Assembly: GCF_021028975.2 (NCBI RefSeq) | Contig: NC_059434.1 | Location: 88,908,001-88,972,000, forward strand | Source of the DNA: Sphaerodactylus townsendi | Taxonomy: Eukaryota | Direction of reading: 5' to 3' | DNA: 64,000 nt | Part shown: positions 22,901-32,748 of the stretch, piece by piece | Layout of the letters: every line of letters starts with the position of its first letter | Position numbering within the stretch: position 1 is the stretch's first letter | The notes under the pieces: model-generated | The model's input: only the letters and a program-made list of their open reading frames with translations | What the model was told of the DNA's origin: nothing | Database searches by the model: none | Position numbers and translations under genes: made by a program

Positions 22901-25900
22901 GGGCAACAGGACCCACCTGGACCACGAGCAGCGTCGGCTGGAAGACTGCAGTGGTGTTGGGGCTGACCAGTCCCCAGGACTGTAAGTGACCTCCAGACGA
23001 CAGCGCTCAGTGTCCCATCGCCCCTGAGCTCCTTTGCCTCCCCAGGTGACACTCCAAACCCTCCTGGAATTCCCCCAACCTGAGTTGGCAACCCCACTCC
23101 TCCTCCCACACCCTCCGCAGCCCTCCCACCCACTGGAGTGGCTCTTGGCCAGGCAGTCACGTAACCTAAATCACAACCTTGCTCGGGGGCCGGGGGAGTA
23201 AGTGCCTGAGGAGCTGGGCTTGGAGCAGGGGCCGCTGGGGCAGTGGGATGGGGCTGGTCGCTATAAACTCCCCCCTCATGCAGAGGGTTGGACTTGAGGA
23301 CCCCAGAGGCGCCAGCAGAGAGATTCACTTCCTTACCTGAAGTGAAAACTCTGAGCCCTCCCTTTCCCTCCCTCCCTGCCTCACCCTTTTTTCCCTTTAA
23401 ATTTGTCACACCCAGACTGAGGAAGAGTCCCAGAGACCCGGGAAGCTGTTCGGGGCCATTGTCCTGATAGCAGAAAGTTCTGTCAGTCACAGCTAACTTA
23501 TGGGAGCCTCTCTTGGGGGTTTTGAGGCAGGTGGCTGGCCTCTACGGAGCAACCTTGGGATGCGGGGGGGGGGGGGGCTGCAAAAGGATCTGTACAGGAA
23601 GACCCACAAACAGGTTAAGCATGCATGAACGACAGGGCAGAGAAGGAGCAGCCTGCCAAACCTCCTGCAGTTCTCAAAAAAGCAGATGGGCAAACCAAAC
23701 TCAGAGCAAAGAGCAAAACAAAAGTGGTCATGGAAAAAAGGAGGGGGGGGGGAGAAATCCCCAGGGATGGGGGGTGGGAAGCAGGAGGACTTCAAGGCAA
23801 AGAAACTGCCCAATCTGCAGCCGGCATGTCCCTCCGAGACTAGCAAGGCGGAACGGGAAAAGGACCCTTCTGATTCAGCCTTCAGGCCAAGAACAGCCGG
23901 CAGAAGAGGCTCCGCTTGCTAGAAAGCAGCAAACGCTGCCAGCAGGAGGAGGAGGAGGAGGAGGAGGAGGAGGAGGAGGCGGGAGGGATGCTGTGGGGGC
24001 CCAATAGCCAGGCTTCAGTCAAGCTTGTGGTGATGCATATAAATCTTTTCTTTCTTTATATTATCTTGTACGATGTAATTGTTCAGTTAATTTAGATAAA
24101 GATTTAATGTACCTTAAAGGTGAACTAGTATAAAAGATATGTTCCAAAATTAGACCATTTTTCATAGCACAGCTGGAAGTTTTATGTAACAAAGAATTTT
24201 GGAGGAGGTTTTTTTTCCACTGAAAACTTTTCTATTATAACTTTTATTCCTACTGTCTTTTATTCTCTCTTTCCTTTTTATTTTTTCCTTTTTATTTTTT
24301 CTCTATTAAGAATTGCTACGTTTTTTAATATTATTATCATTTGACTCCGCATTTTAAAACTTTGTTACTTTCAAATAAAGATTAATTTTTTAATTTAAAA
24401 AAAACAGTGACATTTTTAACTTTCAATCTTTTGACTTGTAACTTGGGGTTATTGTGAGAGCAATTAAAGAGGTGGGAATGTCTGAAAAAGCTTCTGCAGG
24501 TTTAACAGGAAACGTCCCCAGCGAGAGTCCCTGTTCCAGACTACGTTTGTTTTCCAGGAGAATACAGGTCTAATACTAATAATACTAAAAACAGCACATG
24601 TGACAGATCACAAACAATGCCACAAAAAAGGTAACACTCCCTCTGGTGACCGCTCACAATTCACAAACCCCTGCAGGCAGATAGTAAAGGTGACATTTAA
24701 ATGAAGAGTCCAAGAGTTGGAGCCACAAGGAGTTGGTCCCCCAAGAAAAACCATGCTGTGGTTGAGTTCTGCCGTGGAGAAAACAAAGGGCAACAGGGCT
24801 GGCCAACAGGTAAAAATCCCCCTGGGTCAAACCCCGCCCCCTCCACATGAGGAAAACGATCCAAGACCACTGCTTTGCCGCGTCTTTTTCTCTCACCTGT
24901 GACTCACGCTATATGAGAGTAATCAGAGGCGCACGGCCTGTAGGGTCACCCATGTCTCTGGGTGCACGCTTTTGGTCACATGGGGGGGAACCGGTCGCCG
25001 GTCGCCCCCCCATAACCAAAAGGCGTGTGCCCCAGCCACACGCCACTGAGCCCCGCTGCCTGACTCCCTGCAGGCCAGCTCAGGAGCTGCCACTGAGCCC
25101 TGCCCCCGGGCTCCGTGCAGGCCGGTTTTGGCCCTCCCCAGGCCCTGCCAGCCTGCATGGAGGCCGGGGGTGGGCTTGTCTGTGGGTGGCCCTTCCCCCT
25201 GCCTCTGTGCAGGCTGGCAGGGGCAGGGCTCACCACCATGCCCCCGAACAAAGGGGCTGTCTCCAGGCACCATTCCCCCCCCCCCACACACACACACACT
25301 TCTGAGAGTAACGATTACAAGTCAGTGTGGTGTAGTAGCCAGACTGTCAAACCTGGATGTGGGAGACGCAGGTTTGAACCCCTACTGTGCCACTGAAGCT
25401 GGCCAGCGGCCATTGGGCCACTCATAATCTCTCAGCCTAACCTACCTCACAGGGTTATTGTGAGGAGAAAATGGAAGGGAGTGTAGCAGTGTCTGATTAC
25501 TTCACCACCTTTCTTGCTAACAATGCGCGCTGAAGTGTGAGTTCCTGCACTCGTCAGCTGTCAGGGAAGTCTGGTTGCTTACAGTAACTGTAATGTTTGG
25601 CAGATGAATTATCTTTAAATGGAGATTTCAGTTAAAGGTTTAAGTTTGGCCTTACCTTGGTTAAGAAAAGACAAGGACGGGTCAGATGTGTCTCATCTGC
25701 ACCGGTTTTGATTGTATCATACTTAGTTAAGAACCAATCACTGATCCAGATAGTAGCCACATGCTTATGATAGAAGACATGTAGAGGAACATAAGGCTGA
25801 CATTTTCCTCTAAAAACGAACTTCCCTGAGATGCCAATCAGATATTCCAGGTGGAAACCTCGGAGGAAAGATCAGGAGAGATTTCAAAGAGGGAGGGAGG

Positions 25901-28801
25901 GGGGGGGGCTGGGACTTATTTGGGATGTCTGCCTGCACTTTGTAAAGTCCTGCTCAGTAAAGAGAAGGATGACTCCCCTCCCCCACCCCAGAGGATGTCA
26001 CCAGAGCCTCGGACGCTTGCAAGAGACGCCTCTTCTAAAAGATCAGACTTGGCCTAGAGAGCAAGGAGTGCCGAGGGGTGGAAGCAGAAAAGAGTAGAGA
26101 AAAGCACACCACACACGCCCAGTCCAGCCTTGGGGGCGGGGGACAGGCAGACATCTGTCTGGCCAGCTGGATGGACTACTGGTGGGTTGTGCAAGACTTA
26201 AAACAAGAGCCCCCTTCACACACCTCCACAGGACTCTGTTCAAACAGCACAGACGCTGGGGGGCTGGAGTGCAGCACCAGCACCCCCCCCCCCCCCACGC
26301 AGTTGCTCAGCAGGATCTGCCAGGCTGGAAGCGTCTTGGTTGCAAAAGGCCTTTTCCTCTTCGGCCCAGACTTCCCCAGCTGGTTGTGAAGGGACTGCCC
26401 TGTTGGATTGTCTAGCAGGATAAAACTGAAGCCTTGAAGGGGCCCCTTCTGGAGACGTGAGGACTCCTGCTCCGGGTGCCTCCACCCCACCCCCACCCCC
26501 ACCCCCGAGGTCAGTGGCAATCCGGGAGAAGGGGGCCTTTTCGGTCATGGCGCCAAAGCTCTGGAGTTCTGTCCAGAGGAAGATTGGGCTGCCCCTTTCT
26601 GCGGCCGCCTTCTGCCAGTGCGTTCACATCTTCCTGTTGTGTGTGGTGTTCCCTCAATGATCTCTCCTTCCTGCCCACTGTTCTTTTTACTTTTTAATGT
26701 ATTTGTATCTCTGAATTTTATTTATTTATTTATTTATTTATATTTAAATACCGCCCTCCCCAAAGGCTCAGGGCGGTGTCCATCAACACTAAAACAATTT
26801 AAAACATCAAATACATAATTTACAATAAAATAATATATAAAATACTAACTACAGATGACTGGACTATACTATAAAATACTAAACAACCCCTCCTTCCCCC
26901 TTTATGTACCCACGGGAGGCCAGCTGTTCTTATGGCGGAGTTGACATCATCCCGGCTGGCCAAACGCCTGGCGGAACAGGTCCGTTTTACAGGGCCCTGT
27001 GGAAACTTTGTAAGTCCCGCAGGGCCCTGACCTCACCTGGAAGCCTGTTCCACCAGGTAGGGGCCAGAGCCGTAAAAGCCCTGGCCCTTGTAGAGGCCAG
27101 CCGGAGCGCCTTGGGGCCTTTGACTATTTATTGACTCAAATAGTTAGAATGCTTTTAAAATGTAATTTTATTATGTATGTTTCCATTTGTTAACCACCTT
27201 GATAGGCCTTATGAGGGCAGAAAGGCAGAGTATACGTTCTATTTAATAAGTAAACACTAAACATTTATTTCAGTGTAAGCCAGTGTGGTGCTCTGGTTTT
27301 GCATGAATTACACCATGTGTCTTTCAAGCCTAAATTTCCACACGAGGGGGAAAAGGAGGCATGGATGTGGAAAGGGCACCTCCTGCCACAGATCAACAGA
27401 GGCAGCCGCAGTGCCTGCTGGAAGGGGAGGAAGGCCAGAGATTCAAAGAGATGAGCAGATAGTTCCGGGGCTCTCACAGGAGGTTACTGTGTGATAATAT
27501 TTATGATCGGCCCATTCAGATGTCCCGAGAGGCAGCACTCTTGGCAGCCGTGTGAATGGGCTGCTCTCAACATGCCCCCTTCCTTCTCCCCTTACACGGA
27601 GATGCACACTTGGAAGACCTCAAGCCTTGAGCTCCCCTCCCCCGATCTTTGTAAGTCCCGCAGGGCCCTGATCTCACCTGGAAGCCTGTTCCACCAGGTA
27701 GGGGCCAGAGCCATAAAAGCCCTGGCCCTTGTAGGGAGCTTCCAGAGCCCCCGTTTCCCAACCCACCCTCGAGCAACACCCGTGGCCATGGCGGCCTGGA
27801 CCTGGGTGGAGAAGGAGGGGCCGTCAGGAGCGTCCAGAGCCCCCGTTTCCCAACAGGATGGTTCCCCAGCCCGTCTCTTTCTGATGAGGAGGCCCAGAGG
27901 CTGCTGCTCGCATGCTGGAGGGGCCAGCCGGCCACCTCCCTCCCCTCCCTCACCTCCCAGTTCTGGCCGCGGCCGGTCCACTTTCCTGAGGAGACCCACC
28001 TCGATCACGTTGGAGTCCACGAAGCCAGCAATGCGCTCGTCTTTGCAGATGACGCCGGCATCTTCCTCGTGAGAGCAGTCGCTGTTGCCCCAGCCCCGCG
28101 AGCGGCAGTCCACCACGCTCTTCTCGCTGCCCCCACAGTTCAGGTTGTCCAGCCAGATGCGCCCTGCAGGGTCCCAGCCAAGCCGGAGAAATGAGAAGAG
28201 GAGGCCACGCAAGCCCGAGGGGGGACCTCTGGCCGGAGGTGGCTGGGTGCCTGACCCTGCCCGAAAGACTGGTCACTGAGGTGGTCTCTTGGGGATCAAG
28301 GGAAGGCACTCTGCACATGCGTGAAGGCACCTTTGTTTGTACCTCACGTGACCCGTGGCTTCTGTCCTGCAGGTCCCGAGTCTGACCCATGGGGTGCTTT
28401 GCAGAGTGGCGGGGGGATGGGATGGACGGCTGTTTCCACCCTCGGTCCACCTAGCCCCCGCCAGACCTTCTGCAGCTGAACTCACCTGTGCCTTTGCCGT
28501 ATTTCGCACTGTGGGTCCAACCAGTGGCAGCAACAAAGCCCAGGTGGCGGCAGAGGACATGGGCGTTGGCCAGCGTGAAGTCGTCGTCGCAGATGGTGCC
28601 CCACTCTTGGTTGTAGAAGACCTCAACGCGCCCCTCGTTGTGCTTGCGGGGATAGCCCGCCAGCCGGAACTGCAGGGGGGTTCCCTCCCGGTTTTGCCCT
28701 GTGGGTGCCGTGGGGCTCGGCTCGGCTGCGCTCACCCACAGCCAGACGCCACACAAGAGACCAAACAGCTCCTGCCGCCCCCGAGCAACACCCGTGGCCA
28801 T
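10903..28801 (-). CDS. LOXL3: Lysyl oxidase-like 3; coding exons 28801-28486, 28163-28000, 21668-21457, 16975-16759, 16673-16493, 16053-15899, 13458-13303, 13078-12919, 12650-12407, 12268-12153, 11913-11777, 11255-11144, 10976-10903; 747 aa
   Basis: Signal peptide, four SRCR domains, copper-binding motif [16 protein letters not shown] Lys ([10 protein letters not shown]) and Tyr ([14 protein letters not shown]); LOXL3-type [16 protein letters not shown] and C-terminal [10 protein letters not shown]; 2244 nt in frame. Confidence 0.96.
11144..11255 (-). CDS. LOXL3: LOXL3 exon 13
   Basis: [31 protein letters not shown]. Confidence 0.95.
11777..11913 (-). CDS. LOXL3: LOXL3 exon 12
   Basis: [33 protein letters not shown]. 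Confidence 0.95.
12153..12268 (-). CDS. LOXL3: LOXL3 exon 11
   Basis: [14 protein letters not shown]...[15 protein letters not shown]. Confidence 0.95.
12407..12650 (-). CDS. LOXL3: LOXL3 exon 10
   Basis: ASDLLLH...CAAEENCL...[10 protein letters not shown]...WVWHECH. Confidence 0.95.
12919..13078 (-). CDS. LOXL3: LOXL3 exon 9
   Basis: [20 protein letters not shown]...AAGVICSE. Confidence 0.93.
13303..13458 (-). CDS. LOXL3: LOXL3 exon 8B (intact SRCR4 N-half)
   Basis: [52 protein letters not shown]; donor gtaggt. Confidence 0.93.
13640..13840 (-). other. LOXL3: LOXL3 alternative exon 8A: paralogous SRCR4 N-half exon, frameshifted in this assembly by insertions
   Basis: ttctccacag acceptor identical to that of exon 8B; [16 protein letters not shown], then [32 protein letters not shown] recoverable by deleting 16 bases; 3' boundary approximate. 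Confidence 0.8.
15899..16053 (-). CDS. LOXL3: LOXL3 exon 7
   Basis: [21 protein letters not shown]...[10 protein letters not shown]. Confidence 0.94.
16493..16673 (-). CDS. LOXL3: LOXL3 exon 6
   Basis: [32 protein letters not shown]. Confidence 0.94.
16759..16975 (-). CDS. LOXL3: LOXL3 exon 5
   Basis: [16 protein letters not shown]...[13 protein letters not shown]. Confidence 0.92.
19400..19855 (+). mobile_element. CR1 LINE 3' fragment
   Basis: cagttctgggcaccacaattcaagaaggatattgac...tatgaagagaggcttagggagctggggatgtttagtctggagaagagaagg. Confidence 0.8.
21457..21668 (-). CDS. LOXL3: LOXL3 exon 4
   Basis: [13 protein letters not shown]...[12 protein letters not shown]...CGLLGFP. Confidence 0.92.
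23944..23979 (+). repeat. (GGA)n microsatellite
   Basis: About 12 perfect units. Confidence 0.9.
26715..27125 (-). mobile_element. L2-like LINE 3' end with (AAAT)n tail
   Basis: Minus-strand [21 protein letters not shown]-type peptide and ggcggtatttaaatataaataaata tail. Confidence 0.65.
27647..27854. repeat. Composite local duplication: copy of 27006-27093 followed by copy of 28782-28862
   Basis: 88 nt with 2 mismatches; 81 nt with 3 mismatches; ~28-nt direct repeat at 27735-27762 and 27827-27854. Confidence 0.9.
28000..28163 (-). CDS. LOXL3: LOXL3 exon 3
   Basis: [13 protein letters not shown]...[11 protein letters not shown]. Confidence 0.94.
28486..28801 (-). CDS. LOXL3: LOXL3 exon 2 (start codon, signal peptide, SRCR1); exon acceptor at 28813
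   Basis: gccgccATGg Kozak; [30 protein letters not shown]. Confidence 0.93.
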
Positions 28802-29159
28802 GGCGGCCTGGACCTGGGTGGAGAAGGAGGGGCCGTCAGGAGCTTCCAGAGGCCCCGTGTCCAGCATGGGCTCCTCCTGGGGCCGCCTTCCCCAGCAGCC
28901 AGCACCAAGGAGGCGCTCCCACCCCCAGCACGGGAGATCTGATGGGGAAAGGCACTGGCCAGCGACAGGCCTGCCGACACAAGAGGCCCTCTGCATCCAG
29001 GCACTGAGCAGCAGCACCTGCAGGGAAACGCCTGGTGGGAGTCTGCAGGGGGGCTGGGCCAGGGTCTCCAGGCTGGCTCAGTGGCCCCTGGTCTCATTGA
29101 CCCAAGAAACACTGCTGGCGGGGGGGAGGGGGCTGTTGCCACAGGCACTGCAGCTACAC

Positions 29160-29580
29160 TGAATGGTGGCTGAACCCACTGTGGTGCACTCTGATCTGGA
29201 GAACCGGGCTTGCTTCCCTGCTCTGCCATTGAGCTGTGGAGGCTTATCTGGGGAACCAGATTAGCGTGTGCACTCCAACACACATGCCAGCTGGGTGACC
29301 TTGGGCTAGTCACAACTCTTTGGAGCGCTCTCAGCCCCACCCACCTCACAAGGTGTTTGCTGTGTGTGTGTGTGTGTGGGGGGGGGAGGGTGTGGAGGGA
29401 AAGGAGATTGTAAGCCAGTGGTGGAATTCAGCAGGTTTGCACCAGTTCAGCAGAACTGGTTGTTAAAATGGCGCTTGTAGACAACCATTTGGTAAATTAT
29501 TTGAATCCCACCACTGTTGTAAGCCCCTTTAAGTTACAGGAGAGAAAGGGGGGGGGGGTATAAATCCAAACTCCTCCTCC
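29160..29580 (+). mobile_element. tRNA-derived SINE interrupted by a nested MITE
   Basis: Family motifs resume after the 29416-29516 insertion. Confidence 0.75.
29416..29516. mobile_element. hAT-type MITE nested in a SINE
   Basis: TIRs CAGTGGTGG.ATTCA / TGAATCCCACCACTG; 8-bp TSD TTGTAAGC at 29408-29415 and 29517-29524; a partial sibling lies at 56161-56235. Confidence 0.85.
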
Positions 29581-31154
29581 TCTGGGTGAGGTCAGGCAGA
29601 GAAGCTCTCAAACTGCAGGCCCAGCAACATCCCCCCCCCCCTCACTGGTGTTTCCAGGAGCAGAAGCCAGAGAGTTTGCTGGGAGGAGCTGCCTGCCAGC
29701 CTTAAGCAAACCGCGGGGTGGGGGGAGGCCTTATTCCACACTACTAGGCCTCAACCCACTGGGCAGGACTGGAACTCCAAGCAGCACTCATTGCCCCAGC
29801 ATGCATTTTATCTTCACAACCACCCTGTGAAGTAGGCGAGGCTGAGGGATGGATCACCCCTGAAGCTTTGTGGCAGAGCAAGGATCGAACCAGGGTCTCC
29901 CAGATCCTAGCCTCACACTCTAACCATTAGGCCCGCTGGCTGGCTCTGTGTTTCTGGACTGGTGGGCAGCTGCTGCTGCTGCTGCGGGTTGGAAGACGCT
30001 GGGGGGTGGGGTGGGGGGGGGGGTTCCAGGGCAATCCCAGCTGATCTCCAGCCTGAGCTGGGTGGCTGCCCGCCCGCGGGGATCCCGGGCCGTTTGGGGA
30101 CCTTCTTGCCGGCGCCTCCAGGGGCTCCCAATCCGCCAGCAGTCACCGCGGGGCCGAAGCCACCCGCGGCTTGCTCGGGGCCGGGGCCGGTCCGCTGGGC
30201 GGCCTGTTCCGTGCCGGGTTCCGTCGCGGGGCTCTTCCCCGGCGGCAGGGCGGGCTGCGTGAGCATCGCCGCCGCTTGGGGGTGAGGGAGGGAGGGAGGG
30301 AGGGCGGCCTTCTCCGCCCGAAGGCCTCGGGACCGTCAGCTCAGCCACAGCTTCGGGGCCCGCCAGTGCTGCTGCTGACGCCACTGGGGCGGCTCCGGGG
30401 CGCGGACGGGGGTGCCTAGTGGCCGAGCCAGACCCTGCCGCCGCCGCCGCCGCCGCCGCCGCCAGCTGGGGACGTGGAAGGCGGGGAGGCGCGCCAGGCG
30501 GCCTGGGAAAGGCCGGCGTCTGGCGGCGCCCCCTCCCCGCAGGCACCGCCGCTCCGCTCCGCTTGGCTGCAGCCCGGCCCACTGCCCAGGCCAAGCCGCC
30601 GCCGCCGCCCGCCCCCTCCTCCCCGACGTCTCCCCCCCCCGCCCCGGGAGCGTGGCACGCCAGCGGCTCAGCTGCTCCACAGCCCCCTCCCCCGCGGCCC
30701 GGGCCACTGACCTCTCCTGCGCTCCCTCGCCCCGTCTGCGCCGACTAACGGAACGGCCGCCCCCGCCCCCTCCTCCGCCCGCCTCCAGGTCGGCCCGCCC
30801 AGGCAGGCGCGGGGGGCTCGGGGGCCGCGCCTCGGCCCCCCCTCCACGTCCGTGGCTTGAGCCCGCGGGTGGGGGGCGGCCCTGGATGCCTCCCCTGCTG
30901 GCACGGACAGCCCTGCGCTCCTGGTCCCCGGGGTCGCCCGCCCACCGTGGCTGGCCGCGGGACTTGCCCACATCAGGCTTGACCCGCCGGTCGCAGGGGC
31001 GCGGGCGCAGCGGGGGAGTCAAGACCCCGGCGCCGCCCCCCGTCCTGCTGCCCCACTTTTCGGAGCGGCAAAGGGCCGCGGGGGGTGGGGGGGCAGGCAG
31101 ACCTTGAGTCGGATCTTGCCCGGCCCCCGCCCCGTCCCGCGGCAGAGCAGCCGA

Positions 31155-31317
31155 TTAACAGACCAGGTGATCGGGAGCAACAGCCACAGCAGAAGGCCAT
31201 TGCTTTCACCTCCTGCACGTGAGCTCCCAAAGGCACCTGGTGGGCCACTGCGAGTAGCAGAGTGCTGGACTAGATGGACTCTGGTCTGACCCAGCAGGCT
31301 AGTTCTTATGTTCTTAT
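31155..31317 (+). mobile_element. CR1 3' UTR fragment with TTCTTATG tail
   Basis: Close match to the reverse complement of ~45475-45640. Confidence 0.85.
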
Positions 31318-31370
31318 TCTGTCCCGGTCCATGTTCTAATGCTTGAGCTCCCCTTTGTTGGGTTGGCACA

Positions 31371-31696
31371 GCACGGGTGCCCTGGCGGACTGCAACTTGC
31401 GCCAACAAAGGGCATGGGACACCTCGCTTTGCCCCCCCCCCCCCGCCGCGACTCCCTCAGAATGGCCGGGCGCTTTCCGACCCACCCCGTTCTCAGGTCG
31501 CCATCCAGTGTCCCCCCCTCCCCTGGGACCGCCCAAGTAGTTTATTGTGGGGGGGGGGCGATCTTCGTGGCCTGGGCAGGGACCAGGCAGGTGGCCGCTG
31601 GGCGCGGTGACGGAAGCGGAGCCGGGGGCCTCCTCGGAACACGGCAGGCTGGCACGGGTGCCCTGGCGGACTGCAACCTGCGCCAACAAAGGGCAT
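31371..31696 (+). repeat. 45-bp dispersed direct repeat (31371-31415 and 31652-31696)
   Basis: gcacgggtgccctggcggactgcaacYtgcgccaacaaagggcat, one mismatch. Confidence 0.9.
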
Positions 31697-32679
31697 CTTG
31701 GGTGGGGTGGGGGTGCAGGCAGGCTGGTGCCCGGCGGCAGCGACTCCCGGCATCTCGCTGGCTGGACGGGCGTCTTGGCCCCACGCCCCCGACCACAGGG
31801 TGGCTCGTCTCGTCTCGTCTCGTCTGCCTGCCAGGGCCGGGCCTGGGGTTTGGCGGAGAGGTCCGGCGGCCGAAGGGGCCTGGAGCCTTTCCCGCGGCGG
31901 CCCGGCCGGCTCTCTTCCCACGACGGGGCGCACCGGCCGTCCCCCCCCCCTCGGCCTTCTCCTAGTCTGGAGAACAAGATGGACCCCGCCACACTCCCCC
32001 CCCCCCCCCCAGGAGTGCCCGCCTCTGAGGGCAGCTACGCCGGCGGTCGGGGTGGGGGCGGGGGCTGCTTCAGAGCACTCTGTGTGGTTTCAGACCTCCC
32101 TCCCTCCCTCCGTGGCCTCCTGAGCCCCCTGTTTTGTTGGCAAATGGGTCGCCGTCTTGCCATAAACCCAGAGAGCTGGAAGGGGCAGTCAAGGCCATCT
32201 AGCCAAGCCCCGCTCCATCGAGCAATCCCGCCAGGCGCTGCTTGCAGACCGCCTGCCGAGCCGGAGCTCCCCCGGGGGTCCCTTTCCGCCGGGCGGCTGT
32301 CAGACGTCACCCGCCGCACATGGGGCTGCCGGCGGCGCTGCGCGACCCTCTCTGTGTGCCTCGGCCGGGAGGGGGGGGGCTGCCCGCTGGGGGCTGGCTG
32401 GGCCAGGGATGGTGCCCGGGCGCTCTCCAGTCCCTGCCCGGGAGGCTGGCACCCCGATCGCCGCCAGGGCCGGGGAGGCGCCGCCAGCCCTGCGAGGGAG
32501 GCTGGCCGGGGCGCGGAGCGGAGCGGCCGGGCTTCCTCTCTCTCTCTCTCTCTCTCCCTGTCGCGCTTTCTCTGGGCGCCGCCCCGAGGAGGTCCGGCCA
32601 GGCCTGGCCTCGCCCCCTGGCAAAGGGGCGGCCGGCCGGGGAGGCTGTTGGACGGTGCCGCTCCCCGCCGCCGGCCCGG

Positions 32680-32748
32680 ATGGACCCCCCGCTGAAGGCC
32701 GGGCTGCTCCTCCTACAGCAGCCGTCGGGGCTGCGCCTGGGCGCCAAG
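32680..32748 (+). CDS. DOK1: DOK1 exon 1
   Basis: cggATGg; MDPPLKAGLLLLQQPSGLRLGAK|gtaggg, resembling the first PH strand; phase 0. Confidence 0.82.

Noticed and set aside
28802-28867. In-frame upstream ATG extending LOXL3 by 22 aa
   Set aside because: Lies upstream of the exon-2 acceptor (28813), so it is intronic; the ATG at 28801 has a perfect Kozak context and is followed by a signal peptide.
31979-32695. Upstream ATG (aagATGgacccc) ORF overlapping the DOK1 start out of frame
   Set aside because: No evidence that the transcript starts this far upstream; the peptide is low-complexity.
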